From IMG/VR virus record IMGVR_UViG_2061766007_000699: a DNA stretch of 64,000 nt, one strand, 5' to 3'. Position 1 is the first letter of the stretch. Every line of letters starts with the position of its first letter. A program made the translations under genes and the position numbers. The stretch is from an uncultured virus (IMG/VR IMGVR_UViG_2061766007_000699) (Duplodnaviria; Heunggongvirae; Uroviricota; Caudoviricetes). Below the pieces are notes generated by a model. The model saw nothing but the letters and a program-made list of their open reading frames with translations, searched no databases and was not told the DNA's origin. Shown here piece after piece: positions 38,525-49,080 of this stretch.

Positions 38525-41022
38525 TTACCCCCAAATAGGAATAAGCGTTGACAGCCCCTTGGGCAATTCGTCCCTGTTTTTCTTGTCGCTTTGGATGAGG
38601 TCAAACAAGGTGTTACCCAATTCGGGGAGCATTCTGTTGACCAAGTAATTCTGAATCCCATCGTCAAAGTCAGCGAAAGACATGGCATCGCCAAGCGACT
38701 TGATTGCACCTTCAAACGATTTCGCAATGTCGCTTTGGGCATCGTTCAAAGACTGAATGCTGTCGCTTCTGTAAGAGCCTAGATTCAACTGAGACTTGAG
38801 GACACCGCCCGTGGCCATTTGCTTGGTATTGTCCACACTCATCAACAGTTGCAATTTCTCGGCACGCTTGGCTTCTTCAAGCATCTTGTTGTAGTCTTCT
38901 ACGGTCATCGTAACTTCGTTGGCATTCACAGGAGTGTTCTTTTGGAAACGCTTGTAGAATACATCCACCAATTCGTCTTCGGACTTNNNNNNNNNNCCTG
39001 TAAGAGCCTAGATTCAGCTGAGACTTGAGGACACCGCCCGTGGCCATTTGCTTGGTATTGTCCACACCCATCAGCAGTTGCATTTTCTCTGCTCGCTTGG
39101 CCTCTTCAAGCATCTTGTTGTAGTCTTCTACGGTCATCGTAACTTCGTCAGCGTTCACAGGAGTATTCTTTTGGAAACGCTTGTAGAATACATCCACCAA
39201 TTCGTCTTCGGACTTCTTCAGCGATTTGAGATACTGAGAAGGCGATTTCCCTGTCTTGGAGAAAATAATCTGTTTCACCGTCTCATCGTCCGACACATCG
39301 TCAAAGTATTCAAACAGCCCTTCCTCAATGAATCTACGGATAAGGGCTCTCTTCTTTTCTTCGGGGAGAGGAGAAGCGACATACTTGAAGACATCGTTCA
39401 AGTTCCATCCGTTGAAGACACCCTTGTTCTCGCTAAACAGAGACAGGAGTTTCAAGTGCTCTATTGCCGTCCCAACATGACCATTCACACCTACATTGAG
39501 AGCGGAAACCTTGTTCCACAATTCAAGCGAACTGTTCATGTCATCAATAGGTGTTGGCCATCTACCCAAGAGGAAATTGTCAGGGGTCATTCTGAACAGA
39601 CCCACATCCATTCCTTCTCTAGGTCTCAGGGCTTCAATCATTCGGCCCGTGTAGTCTTGTATAACGGACGGGTCTTCGGGCACACCATCGCCATCGTATT
39701 TCCCCGTGGCCCAACTCAAGAATTTTTCCATGCCTTCTTTGCCAACGAAAGCACCGATTGCACCACCGATAAGAGCACCCACTACATTGCCAATGCCGGG
39801 GACTATGGAGCCACCTATAGCACCCATCAATGCACCCGCCGCCAAACCGCCAACTAGACCCGCAGAATTGGAGCCGTATTCCACATAAGCCTGTGTTTCC
39901 AACGATTGACCCGTCAATTCCTGAATGTCTCGCAACTGATTGATACGCTCTTCATCGGTAGATGTCTTATAGGTATCATAGATATTTGCCGCCACACCCG
40001 CACCNNNNNNNNNNCACACCCTTTAGCGCATCGGATGTTCTCTTTCGGCCTTCAATGATTAAACGCTCGTTGTAGGTCTTGATGACATCCAACGAATTNN
40101 NNNNNNNNGTCTTGAGTGAAGGTGCCTTGACTTTGGAGGCAATGTTACCCGCCTTAGTGGCGAACTTATCCGTTGCCTTGACTAGAGTTCTTCCTACACG
40201 ATTGTTGCCTACCCTGACTAGGTTTTTCTCTAGCTTTGTTGGGGCTCTGAACTTTCCTTGCGTATCTCGGAAAGAGTTTCTTCCTTTGTTGAGGATGGTG
40301 TCTCTCAATCCCTTTGCTGAGTTTTTCAGGGCGGCTCTGTTTCTGAGAGCGTTCTTCAGGTTTGCGGTGATGTTCCTTATATTGGAGCCCGGCATGAACG
40401 CCAATGTAGTCAGGGCTATGTCTAGAAGAGCGGAGCCTTTGTCATCGGAGCCACTGCCTCTAGGCATTCCACCACCCGCATTGTTGGCGGCTCTCAAATC
40501 GCCAAGAGCAGACCTCAGGAGTTTTTCGTTTTCATCTCCGTTCTTGACACCCTTGAGCGCATCGGATGTTCTCTTTCTTCCTTCAATGATTAAACGCTCG
40601 TTGTAGGTCTTGATGACATCCAACGAATTTGAGACACCCAACAGTAGACGGTTTTCGTATTCCGCCTCTTCCAACAGGGAGGTTTTGTCTCTCCTCCTGT
40701 TCGCAATCTTGGCATTGTCAACGGCCTGACCAAGTTGCTTGGCTTCTCTGCTTTCTTGGTCATCCGTTTTTCCGCCCATGAGTCTTTTCATGGCGGCTTT
40801 CTGCTTTTCGCTCTCATACATCTGTTGGGATTTGTCCAACTGATTGTATGCGCTCATTCCGCCACTGACTGCTGAGCCGATTGCGCCTGAGATGTCTCCC
40901 TGTGACAGCTTGTCTCCCACGCCTTTGAGACCGCTGTATACCGTGCTAGCGACAGCGTAACCCTTGGCCGCTCGTGTCCCAAAGGATGCGAGTTTTCCCA
41001 ATGCCGCCACAGGTATGGCCAT
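38525..41022 (-). CDS. tape-measure-like protein (fragmented by N-gaps and scaffold duplications)
   Basis: helical Ala/Gly-rich sequence GAIGGSIVPGIGNVVGALIGGAIG; MATGG motif; follows the gp26/gp51-like pair. Confidence 0.6.
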
Positions 41023-41035
41023 CTCTCCTCCTACA

Positions 41036-41206
41036 CTACAACATGGACTTCAGGTCAGTCATGTTGTTCTTCTTGTCCTCTCTAGCTTCTATCTTGTCCT
41101 GTATTTCCTTCTTATACATGGAAAGATATGTGTCCACTTCCAAGTAGGTCAAGTGGTCTGATTCTAGTGGACTGACATGCAACAATCTCGCCAAGAAATA
41201 TTGCAT
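41036..41206 (-). CDS. gp51-like baseplate hub assembly / tail chaperone
   Basis: MQYFLARLLHVSPLESDHLTYLEVDTY pattern; directly after the gp26-like gene. Confidence 0.55.
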   Translation of the reverse strand: MQYFLARLLHVSPLESDHLTYLEVDTYLSMYKKEIQDKIEAREDKKNNMTDLKSML

Positions 41207-41219
41207 CTCGTAAATCTGT

Positions 41220-41966
41220 CTAAGCGGAATACTTGGGTAAAAAGAAATTCCCCCGAAAGGAAAGGGGTATTTCAACCCTACCTCCGCACTTCTTGCAATC
41301 CACGGTCAGATTGGGCTTGACCTCAACATCGGCCTTGTTCATCACATCAACTAGTTGCATGAAACATTCGGGATTCATGTTGGTGATGTAATTGTATGCT
41401 TCTTCCTTCTTCAGTTCCTTGCCGTTCAAGGTATGAAGTCTGACGGCCATCGTGAAGATGTCTCGGTCAACGCCTTCCGCTAGATGTTCCATCATGGCTT
41501 CGTCCTTTATCCGAATCATGTCAAGGGTAACGGTGTCATCGCCAATCTTGTATTCCACATCGGCACCACAGTCTTCGGGGACACCCTTGATGGAAACACA
41601 GGACATGTCAAAGCCGTAAGTGGATTCCTCGCCACATTCGGGACAGACGAAGTTCACTTCAAACTTTTCCTTGCCGAAGGTGTTGGCTCGTTGCCACAGG
41701 ATGAGATAGAGTTTGTCAACGAGAATGATGTCATCAACGGCAACGCCTATCACCGAATCCTTGAGAACGGAACGGATGACATCGTTGAAATTGTCCCCGT
41801 CCATGCTTGCGAGTTTCTTCAGCTCAATGACCTTCAGAGCCCTTGAATAGATTTTCGTTCCGCTCTTGTAGAACTTTCCACAAGACGGCAGACCTTCTAC
41901 CAACTGATAACCTGAAGGGATTTCCGTTTTTTCTACTTCTTCAACTAGTTTCATGTTCTTTTTCAC
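41220..41966 (-). CDS. gp26: baseplate hub assembly chaperone, gp26-like
   Basis: LPSCGKFY, DKLYLILWQR, CPECG, CKKCG, terminal NFF. Confidence 0.75.
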   Translation of the reverse strand: MKKNMKLVEEVEKTEIPSGYQLVEGLPSCGKFYKSGTKIYSRALKVIELKKLASMDGDNFNDVIRSVLKDSVIGVAVDDIILVDKLYLILWQRANTFGKEKFEVNFVCPECGEESTYGFDMSCVSIKGVPEDCGADVEYKIGDDTVTLDMIRIKDEAMMEHLAEGVDRDIFTMAVRLHTLNGKELKKEEAYNYITNMNPECFMQLVDVMNKADVEVKPNLTVDCKKCGGRVEIPLSFRGNFFLPKYSA

Positions 41967-41995
41967 CTCAATGTGAAATGGTTAACTATTCAAAT

Positions 41996-42520
41996 CTATT
42001 TATCAAACACCCCCGCCTTCTCCAATACCTTCGTTATCTTTGCGACATTGAAAGGTAATGAAAACAACACAGTGTCCAAATGCTTGCACAAGAGAGATGG
42101 AATGCCCAAGTTGATTTCAGGCTCTGTGAGATGGGTGAGAGTTTCCTCTGCGTTCAATTTGGTGAGTCTGTAGGCAGAGCCCCAATAACGGTGAGCGGGG
42201 CATGTGCAAGTAACCTTGATGTCTCCCATCACGGCTTTCTTGACCATCTGAAAATGCGTGAGACCGCCTTTCTTGATTATCCTGTCCAAGTCAAGCAATC
42301 TGACCTTTTCGTCATACCAAAGACCCGGCACCGTTCCTGAGCGACACTTGAAGAGAAGACAGCCGTTCTTGTAACCCTTGAACATGGCTTTCAGTGGCTT
42401 TGTCCTAGATTTGGTCTTTGGGTCTACACCGTTTCTGAGTTGCTTGTAGTTGGCTTCGTCAAGAACCATCCTGAAGAAGGAACCACATTTGCTACACTTG
42501 GTGTATCTTTCGTTAATCAT
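41996..42520 (-). CDS. SWIM-type zinc finger protein
   Basis: VTCTCPAHRYWG ... LCKHL. Confidence 0.7.
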   Translation of the reverse strand: MINERYTKCSKCGSFFRMVLDEANYKQLRNGVDPKTKSRTKPLKAMFKGYKNGCLLFKCRSGTVPGLWYDEKVRLLDLDRIIKKGGLTHFQMVKKAVMGDIKVTCTCPAHRYWGSAYRLTKLNAEETLTHLTEPEINLGIPSLLCKHLDTVLFSLPFNVAKITKVLEKAGVFDK

Positions 42521-42528
42521 ATCTGTAT

Positions 42529-43113
42529 TTAGCTAGGAAACGGCACATCAAAGGTCTTCTCTAGAGATTCTGCCATGAAAGACAGAGACCTAGTAACAGT
42601 AGCGGCAGATTCATAACCATAGGACATGCTATCAGCTGAAATGTAGTGGACATTCTTGAAGGTGTATCTGACCTTGGCATCAGACAAATGAGTGTCATCT
42701 TTGCCAACAGGTGCACCGAAAGCATAGACCTCTATGTCTCCCAAGTTGCCATCCATAAGCATGATGGCTTCATCAGGGTCAGAAAGAGTGTGCTCAATCT
42801 TCGTAATGAGTTTTTCCACATCATAGTTGTTGGTCTCTTCCAACTTGATTTCCAAATTGATACCGTTGTATTCTTCAGGCAAAGACCACAATTTGACAGC
42901 ACCAACGGTCTTAAGAGATTCCGTTCTATACTTCTTCTGTTCGCTGAAGGTAATGCTTTGAGCGACATGGAAACTGAGTTGGTCTTGGTCGGTCAAGCCT
43001 TCAGCATTCGTGTCTGTAACGACATCAAAGTTGAACTTGACGAGAAACATGTTCTGATAAGCGACATTCTTATCATTGTAGAATCTGTCAAACAATTTCT
43101 TCGGAATGAACAT
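42529..43113 (-). CDS. tail-tube-fold paralogue
   Basis: C-terminal TFKNVHYISADSMSYGY...LSF; tandem with two clearer tube genes. Confidence 0.55.
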   Translation of the reverse strand: MFIPKKLFDRFYNDKNVAYQNMFLVKFNFDVVTDTNAEGLTDQDQLSFHVAQSITFSEQKKYRTESLKTVGAVKLWSLPEEYNGINLEIKLEETNNYDVEKLITKIEHTLSDPDEAIMLMDGNLGDIEVYAFGAPVGKDDTHLSDAKVRYTFKNVHYISADSMSYGYESAATVTRSLSFMAESLEKTFDVPFPS

Positions 43114-43124
43114 GCTTGCTTACC

Positions 43125-43751
43125 TTATTCCAACTCTAGAGAAGCTACATCCACATTCTCAATTATCCTGTAATACTGATAGAGGAAAGAAACTGTGTAG
43201 TTGATTTTGCTACTGCTCTCATAGGTCAGTTCAGCTGATGAAATGGATGTGGGGAATGCCTTGTAAAACACTATCTTTTTGTCAAGTGGCTCACCATTGA
43301 GACCAAGCAAAGTCAGATGAAGATTGGCCGTATGGGAGTCCAATACGGTGTTTTCCTTGTGAATTTCATCTTCTCCGTTCGCATTGAAGATACTAGAAAT
43401 CCAATCGTTGAAAGCGGTGTATATCTTCTGACTTTCAAATTCGTCAAAGGTCAGGTCTAATCGCTTTTCGGATGTGTCTTCAGGAGATGGCAACTGAATC
43501 TTGAGACCCATGAACTTGGACTCGTGATTGCCTATGGAGAGATTTGGTATCTTGGCGGAGCGGACATAATAGGAAACACCATCGTCTTCCGTTGAAAGAA
43601 AATCAATGGTCTGTTGGTCTATGGCACTTTTGCCCCAATCTTCATATCCCTGTGTGCCTGTAGCGATTGGGTAGATTTCCAAATACCACAGATTGTTCTT
43701 CTGCGGGTCTTTGTTACCCCAATGAATTTTTGAAATGTGGTGCTCCATCAA
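43125..43751 (-). CDS. tail tube protein paralogue (gp19/gp54-like)
   Basis: QKNNLW, SAKIP, LTFDE, FYKAFPTSISSAELTY...FLYQY. Confidence 0.75.
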   Translation of the reverse strand: MMEHHISKIHWGNKDPQKNNLWYLEIYPIATGTQGYEDWGKSAIDQQTIDFLSTEDDGVSYYVRSAKIPNLSIGNHESKFMGLKIQLPSPEDTSEKRLDLTFDEFESQKIYTAFNDWISSIFNANGEDEIHKENTVLDSHTANLHLTLLGLNGEPLDKKIVFYKAFPTSISSAELTYESSSKINYTVSFLYQYYRIIENVDVASLELE

Positions 43752-43762
43752 GGCACCTCATA

Positions 43763-44362
43763 TCATTCCTTAGGAACGGTGATATAGGACTCGTTGGCGT
43801 TGACGATTTCAAACCAATCGTATTGGAAAGTGGCATTGTAGGAAACCTTGGAACTGCCATCGTAACCAAGAGAAGCATCGTTCAGAGAAGTGATGAAGGC
43901 ATTGTGGAAAATGATTGCCTTGCTGAGGGGATTGGAGGCCAAGTCAGTCATGCCCAACTTGATTTCAGTGGAATACTTGAAAGAATTTCCATCTCTAGTC
44001 CCCAACTTGGAGGCGGCAAAACCGTGTCCGCCATTGTTGGTGTTTTCAACTGAATTGAAGATGAGATTGACCCATTCGTTCAAAACCGTGTATACCTTTT
44101 GGTCATCGTGCTCGTCAAAGGTGATGTCCAATGTCTTGTTGCTCATGTCTTCGGTAGCTGCATAGTTCGCTTGCATACCCATGAACTTGGTATTCAGAAC
44201 AGGAATGGTTCGGCCCGGTATCTTTGCCGTCTGAGCCCTTATCGTGAGACTCTTGAGGTCAGGAACATCGTTCAAATCACCGAAATTGACTACCCACAGA
44301 TTGTTCTTCTGAACATCGGAAAGAGACCCCAAGGTGCTTGCAATGTGATAATTCTGTGCCAT
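43763..44362 (-). CDS. gp19: tail tube protein, gp19-like
   Basis: QKNNLW, AQTAKIPG, ITFDE, FHNAFITSL...FQYDWF; CTAAATA at 44392. Confidence 0.8.
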   Translation of the reverse strand: MAQNYHIASTLGSLSDVQKNNLWVVNFGDLNDVPDLKSLTIRAQTAKIPGRTIPVLNTKFMGMQANYAATEDMSNKTLDITFDEHDDQKVYTVLNEWVNLIFNSVENTNNGGHGFAASKLGTRDGNSFKYSTEIKLGMTDLASNPLSKAIIFHNAFITSLNDASLGYDGSSKVSYNATFQYDWFEIVNANESYITVPKE

Positions 44363-44394
44363 TGTATTCTCCTACAAAAATCTTCTACCTTTAT

Positions 44395-45948
44395 TTAGTT
44401 CGCTGACTTCATTCGTGTTACCGATTCGTTCAATGACTTGATGTTGTAGAACATCCGCTTGAGGGCATGAACGGAATAGCTTTCCTTTTTGGTTTTGCCG
44501 TCTTCTTCGGTTTCCCACTCATGCTTCATGGCATCGTCCAAAATCTTTCTGAAAATGGTTTCGTCCAAAGTGGAATTTTTCTGTTGGATATGCCCTCTGA
44601 TACGATTAAGAAAACTTCTAGCATCATCGTCATTTGACTTGTAATCGTAGAGATTTCGTTCAAACGACTTGGTGTCAATCTTTTCGGGTGTGGTTATCAC
44701 ATCCCTAAACCAAGCCAATGCCTTTGAAGTTCCGTTTTGAATGCCCTGAAGACCGTCATAGTTATACAGTTTCACGAGCAAATCGTTGTCTATGCGACTC
44801 ACACCCGCATTGGTCAAAATCTTCTTGGCTCTGTTCACCCATTCTGCTTCGTTTGACAGGTCTCCTAAAACGCTGTGTCCAAGAATGAGAATAGCCGCCA
44901 AAACGCAAGCATTCTGTTTTTCACGCTCGGTCTTCTGACTAGCCTCGCCTTCCTTTCTTTTCTCTTCTTCTTTGTCCTTGACCATCGCATCAACGCTCTT
45001 GGACATTTCGTTGTAAAGGTCTTTGTCCACATTGCGCAAATCGTCTAGAAGATTCTTTGCCTTGTTGGCATCCATTTCGCCAACTTGGTCTATCAGATTC
45101 ACATAGTCCTTGCGGAAATCTTCATACTGCTTGTTGATGATTTTCTTGCAGATTTCCCACACTTCCCTGATGTCATCCATCTTGAGATTTACTCGTTTGT
45201 CTCCATAGCTCTTGAGGATTTCCTTTTCGTCCGTGCTGAGTTTTCTAGTAAACCCTCCCATGGCATCGTAGTCCAAAATCATTTTCGGTGTGATGGATTC
45301 CTTGCTCTTGATGTTGACTAGAAATCTCAGAAGGTCGCTGTCCGCCTTGAGTCCGTCACTCTTGGTGTTGTCGGTTTTCTTGCTTTCGGAAACATTTTTG
45401 GACTGTTTCTCTTCCTCGTGCTTGTGGTATTGATTGGCAATGTTTTCCTCAACGGCATCCTTTTTCTTCATTATCTCGTTGGCTCTAGTATTCCAAATAT
45501 TGTATACCTTGAGCTGATTCAAAGTATCTCTGTTGACCTTCTTGGCAACTTCGTCAATCTTCTCGTCTCCTACGGAAAATTCCAAAATGGTGTCAACTAC
45601 ACCCGGCAAGTCATTCTCAGGATTCTTGGAGAGAGCGAGTCTCATCTGTCTCATCTTCTCGGAAATGGCTCTGACATCCTTGTTCTTGCTGTTCTTCATC
45701 TTGTTGGCAAACAGAGAGGATATAATGCTGAAGATACCCTTATCGGAGGAGCCAAATCCTCTGTCCTCGCCCTTGAAGACATCGCCCGTCTTGGCAAAGT
45801 TGATTACACCCTTGGCGAACAGGAGACCCGCCCCCGCTACCAAAGCCAAAGCCCCTAGACCGACATTCTTCAACACACCTTCGTTCAGCACATCCTTGTT
45901 GATGGCCTTGCTTTCTCTCAATACCTGTCGCAATTCTCGTCTATTCAT
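44395..45948 (-). CDS. hypothetical protein with N-terminal LRES/LNEG sites and a hydrophobic segment
   Basis: MNRRELRQVLRESKAINKDVLNEG then VGLGALALVAGAGLLFA. Confidence 0.7.
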   Translation of the reverse strand: MNRRELRQVLRESKAINKDVLNEGVLKNVGLGALALVAGAGLLFAKGVINFAKTGDVFKGEDRGFGSSDKGIFSIISSLFANKMKNSKNKDVRAISEKMRQMRLALSKNPENDLPGVVDTILEFSVGDEKIDEVAKKVNRDTLNQLKVYNIWNTRANEIMKKKDAVEENIANQYHKHEEEKQSKNVSESKKTDNTKSDGLKADSDLLRFLVNIKSKESITPKMILDYDAMGGFTRKLSTDEKEILKSYGDKRVNLKMDDIREVWEICKKIINKQYEDFRKDYVNLIDQVGEMDANKAKNLLDDLRNVDKDLYNEMSKSVDAMVKDKEEEKRKEGEASQKTEREKQNACVLAAILILGHSVLGDLSNEAEWVNRAKKILTNAGVSRIDNDLLVKLYNYDGLQGIQNGTSKALAWFRDVITTPEKIDTKSFERNLYDYKSNDDDARSFLNRIRGHIQQKNSTLDETIFRKILDDAMKHEWETEEDGKTKKESYSVHALKRMFYNIKSLNESVTRMKSAN

Positions 45949-45955
45949 GTTTCAC

Positions 45956-46417
45956 CTATGCGTTTTTGAACTTGAGCATAGTGCCTTTTGTAGGAGTTTC
46001 GGCTGTGTTGCCCCCTGAGAAAATCACCCTGAAATCTGATTCGGTTACGGCAACATTGTCACCGAAATCGTAATAGGCAATGTTTTCGCCATCGTCACCC
46101 GAAGTAGTGGCTATCAGGACACCATGTGATTTGTTGACCGTAATCGTGCCCCCTTCGGCATAATTCACATAGTTGGCCTTGACAACGGTGTTTCCTTCCG
46201 TATCAGGCTCGGACACTTCTATTCCGCTGATTGGCACGGCTAGTGTGTTTCCGTTGCTGTCTTCTGCGAAATTATCGCTGAAGGCGGATGTAGCACCTGT
46301 ATTTTTCTGACTCTCTTTGATTTCTTCTTTCACCACGATAGCATAGGGCGCATTGGTGAAATAATCTTTGCCATGCGCCACACCGTTCAAAAAACTGTTG
46401 AATACGAAATTAGCCAT
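45956..46417 (-). CDS. putative virion structural protein
   Basis: MANFVFNSF...IAYYDFG beta-rich pattern; CTAAATA at 46454. Confidence 0.55.
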   Translation of the reverse strand: MANFVFNSFLNGVAHGKDYFTNAPYAIVVKEEIKESQKNTGATSAFSDNFAEDSNGNTLAVPISGIEVSEPDTEGNTVVKANYVNYAEGGTITVNKSHGVLIATTSGDDGENIAYYDFGDNVAVTESDFRVIFSGGNTAETPTKGTMLKFKNA

Positions 46418-46436
46418 GTTTGTTCCTCAATGGATT

Positions 46437-46991
46437 TTAAACATTGTCTTCCTTATTTAGCTTAACATCTTTGTCAGACCGCTCGTTGACCACGGTATAA
46501 TCAGCATTAATGGAATTGAGACTAGAGCCTTTCTTGGCATCTTCCATCATCTTGAACAGGTCAGCAGACGATAGATTGAGACTAGCCTTCACATTCACAT
46601 TCGGCTGATTGGACTTGGAGACCTTGTGCTCAAACTTTTCACGCTCCAATTTCAGTTTTTCCTTGTTCATGGTCAACTTGTTCATTTCCTTGATACACTC
46701 TAGAATCGTGTTGGAGAGCGTGGAATAGACTTCATACATGCTAGCCTTGGTGCCAATCTTGATGTCTGACTTGAGCACCTTGGCCACATCTTTGGCCTCA
46801 GCCATCAGTTCAGCGATTTTCCCCGCAAGAAACTCTCGCTCTTCCTCTATGGATTTGTCTTTCTTGGCCATCTCAACTAGCTCAGTTCTAGCTACCAAAT
46901 CCGTGGATTCCTCCGTAGCGGGGGCCTCCTCAAACTTGGTGCCTAGAATTTCGTCTAGCCCTTCAAAGCCTGTCTTAGTTTCCTCTTCCAT
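46437..46991 (-). CDS. terminase small subunit, gp16-like
   Basis: follows gp15; ASMYEVYSTL and SSADL motifs. Confidence 0.65.
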   Translation of the reverse strand: MEEETKTGFEGLDEILGTKFEEAPATEESTDLVARTELVEMAKKDKSIEEEREFLAGKIAELMAEAKDVAKVLKSDIKIGTKASMYEVYSTLSNTILECIKEMNKLTMNKEKLKLEREKFEHKVSKSNQPNVNVKASLNLSSADLFKMMEDAKKGSSLNSINADYTVVNERSDKDVKLNKEDNV

Positions 46992-47869
46992 TACATATCC
47001 TCTTTGGCTGAAGTCATGTAGTTGACGAAGCCCAATTCATCCGTTGTAATCACGGGCTGACTGATGAATTTGCCGTCCAACTCGCCCTTTGACGAAGTGC
47101 CTGTCATCTCCGTTCCTGACACGCTAGGCCACAGGACACCATCGGTTTCATAGTCCTCGCCTAGATTGAAGTCAGGCTCATAACCGTAATGCATCTTGAT
47201 TTTCTCAATGACACCCGCATTTCCAACAGGCTTGTAAAACCAATAATCGGCTTTGAAATTCATGGTGCCGTTCACATACCGTTTTCCCTCTTCTTCCACA
47301 GGCTCGGTGAACTCTGTTTCCAATCCCTCCAAGGTAACGCACACATTTCTGTTCAAATTGTGTGAGTTGAACTCTTTGACCTGAAGATAGCATGATGGGT
47401 TAAACCAAGGCGCAATCTGTTCCACAATCTGAGTGAAGTCCATGAAGGATTCCGTTTTGATGTGCAAAGAAAATGATGTGTCGCATGGTGTTGGCATCAT
47501 ATCCGTAATTACACGCTGAGGGTCTGAAGCATCGGTCAGCTCGTTTACGGTGTCAAAGTATTCGGGGTTTGAAAGGAATCTACGGACTCGTGAAGATGTA
47601 GACCTGTCAGCGGCAAACGAAAAACCGTTTAGCATCACGGCCATCGTTGGCAACTGAACATAGTATCTCTTCATGGAGCCGTCTTCCGTTCTCCTCTGAA
47701 AATACTTGGACATGGGGCCGAACTTGATTGGCACCAAGATGTCCTTGGAGACATTTCCTTCGTCATCGTATCGCTTGACATGAATGTTGCTGAACGCACT
47801 CATGAACGCAACTAATAGATTGCGAATGCTGTGATTGAAAAAATACGGCTGCTTGGAACTTACACTCAT
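46991..47869 (-). CDS. gp15: tail sheath stabiliser / terminator, gp15-like
   Basis: YFFNHSIRNLLVAF...VPIKFGP...LPTM...QIVEQIAPWFNP. Confidence 0.85.
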   Translation of the reverse strand: MSVSSKQPYFFNHSIRNLLVAFMSAFSNIHVKRYDDEGNVSKDILVPIKFGPMSKYFQRRTEDGSMKRYYVQLPTMAVMLNGFSFAADRSTSSRVRRFLSNPEYFDTVNELTDASDPQRVITDMMPTPCDTSFSLHIKTESFMDFTQIVEQIAPWFNPSCYLQVKEFNSHNLNRNVCVTLEGLETEFTEPVEEEGKRYVNGTMNFKADYWFYKPVGNAGVIEKIKMHYGYEPDFNLGEDYETDGVLWPSVSGTEMTGTSSKGELDGKFISQPVITTDELGFVNYMTSAKEDM

Positions 47870-47871
47870 AA

Positions 47872-49080
47872 TTATATCTCCTGTAATTCTTGCCCAATGA
47901 GATTATCTACGGAGCTAAACGCTCCATCCTTATCCTCAGACAGCAAGCTAACCCCGTGTCCCCCACGGTTATTTAAAATTGATAGACCTTCATCCAAAAT
48001 GTTCCTAGCCGCATTGACATCCCTATCGTGATGACAATGACAGCTAGGGCATTCCCATTCTCTGATACCCAAGTTGAAGTCAGTCATCTTATAACCACAA
48101 TGGTTACAAGTCTTGCTAGTTGGAGACCAACGGTCAATGATGACCAATTCTTTTCCATACCATTTGCATTTGTATTCTAGTTGCCTTCTGATTTCTCCGA
48201 AGGAAACATCAGATATAGACCCCGCCAAGGAATGATTCTTCATCATTCCTTGCACATTCAAGTCCTCTATACAAATGATGTCGTTCTCCATCACTAATTT
48301 ATGAGTTGCTTTATGGATGAAGTCTTTTCGTTTGTTGCTCAGTTTTTCATGAGCGATGGAAAGACGAGTGTTGGTTTTCGCCCAATTCTTTCCACCTTCT
48401 TTTCGCCTAGAAAGTTGCTTTTGTAACATTCTTATTCTAGCCTGTGCTTTCTTGGCGAAATGATTGTTCTTAATTTTCTGACCGTTTGAAGTAACTATGA
48501 TGTCCTTCAAACCTAGGTCTACACCTATACATGCGCCTGTGTGTTGAAGTTGCTGAACTTCAACATCACAGCAAATGGAGCAGTAATACTTTCCACTAGA
48601 ACTTCTCTTGATGGTAAGGTTACGAATCTTCTTAATGCTTGAAAGGTCTTGGTGTGCTCTAAACTTGACTACACCAACTTTGGAGATGAATATGCCTCCT
48701 TCTCTAAGAACCTTATCTATCTTCTCTGTAGGCATATTTGCATTTGTAATGTAAGACCCCTTCTTACTCTTTTTCTTGAACTTGGGATGACCTTTCTTAA
48801 TGCCTTTCTTCAGATTCCTAAACCAATTCTTATATGCTGTTTCTAAATTTCTAGACGATTCATTGATAGCTCTTGAATCGCATTCATTCATCCATGGATA
48901 CTCTTCTTTGAAAAGCCATGCTTTTGGTGTGAAGGATACACCGTGCTCTCTATAAAGTTCTTCTTTGATTTCAAGGCAAAGATTGTAAGTAAAACGGGCC
49001 GCTCCTATGTTCTTGTTGAACATATTTGCCTGTTTCCTGTTCGGATACAATCTTAATTCTATACCTTTCGTAACTATCAT
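47872..49080 (-). mobile_element. tnpB: TnpB, copy 2, complete, no adjacent transposase
   Basis: LRLYPN..Q HTH, RuvC D (GVDLG), E (CIEDL), D (DRDVNAA), CNHC/CPSC zinc finger. Confidence 0.92.

Noticed and set aside
38769..39216. Duplicated ~220-bp segment suggesting a separate 148-aa gene or a diversity-generating repeat pair
   Set aside because: The copies sit either side of an N-gap, differences are not adenine-specific, and I saw no reverse transcriptase in the window; treated as an assembly artefact.
40005..40110. Short repeat of 40547-40629 within the tape-measure-like gene
   Set aside because: Bounded by N-gaps on both sides; likely a misplaced contig fragment.
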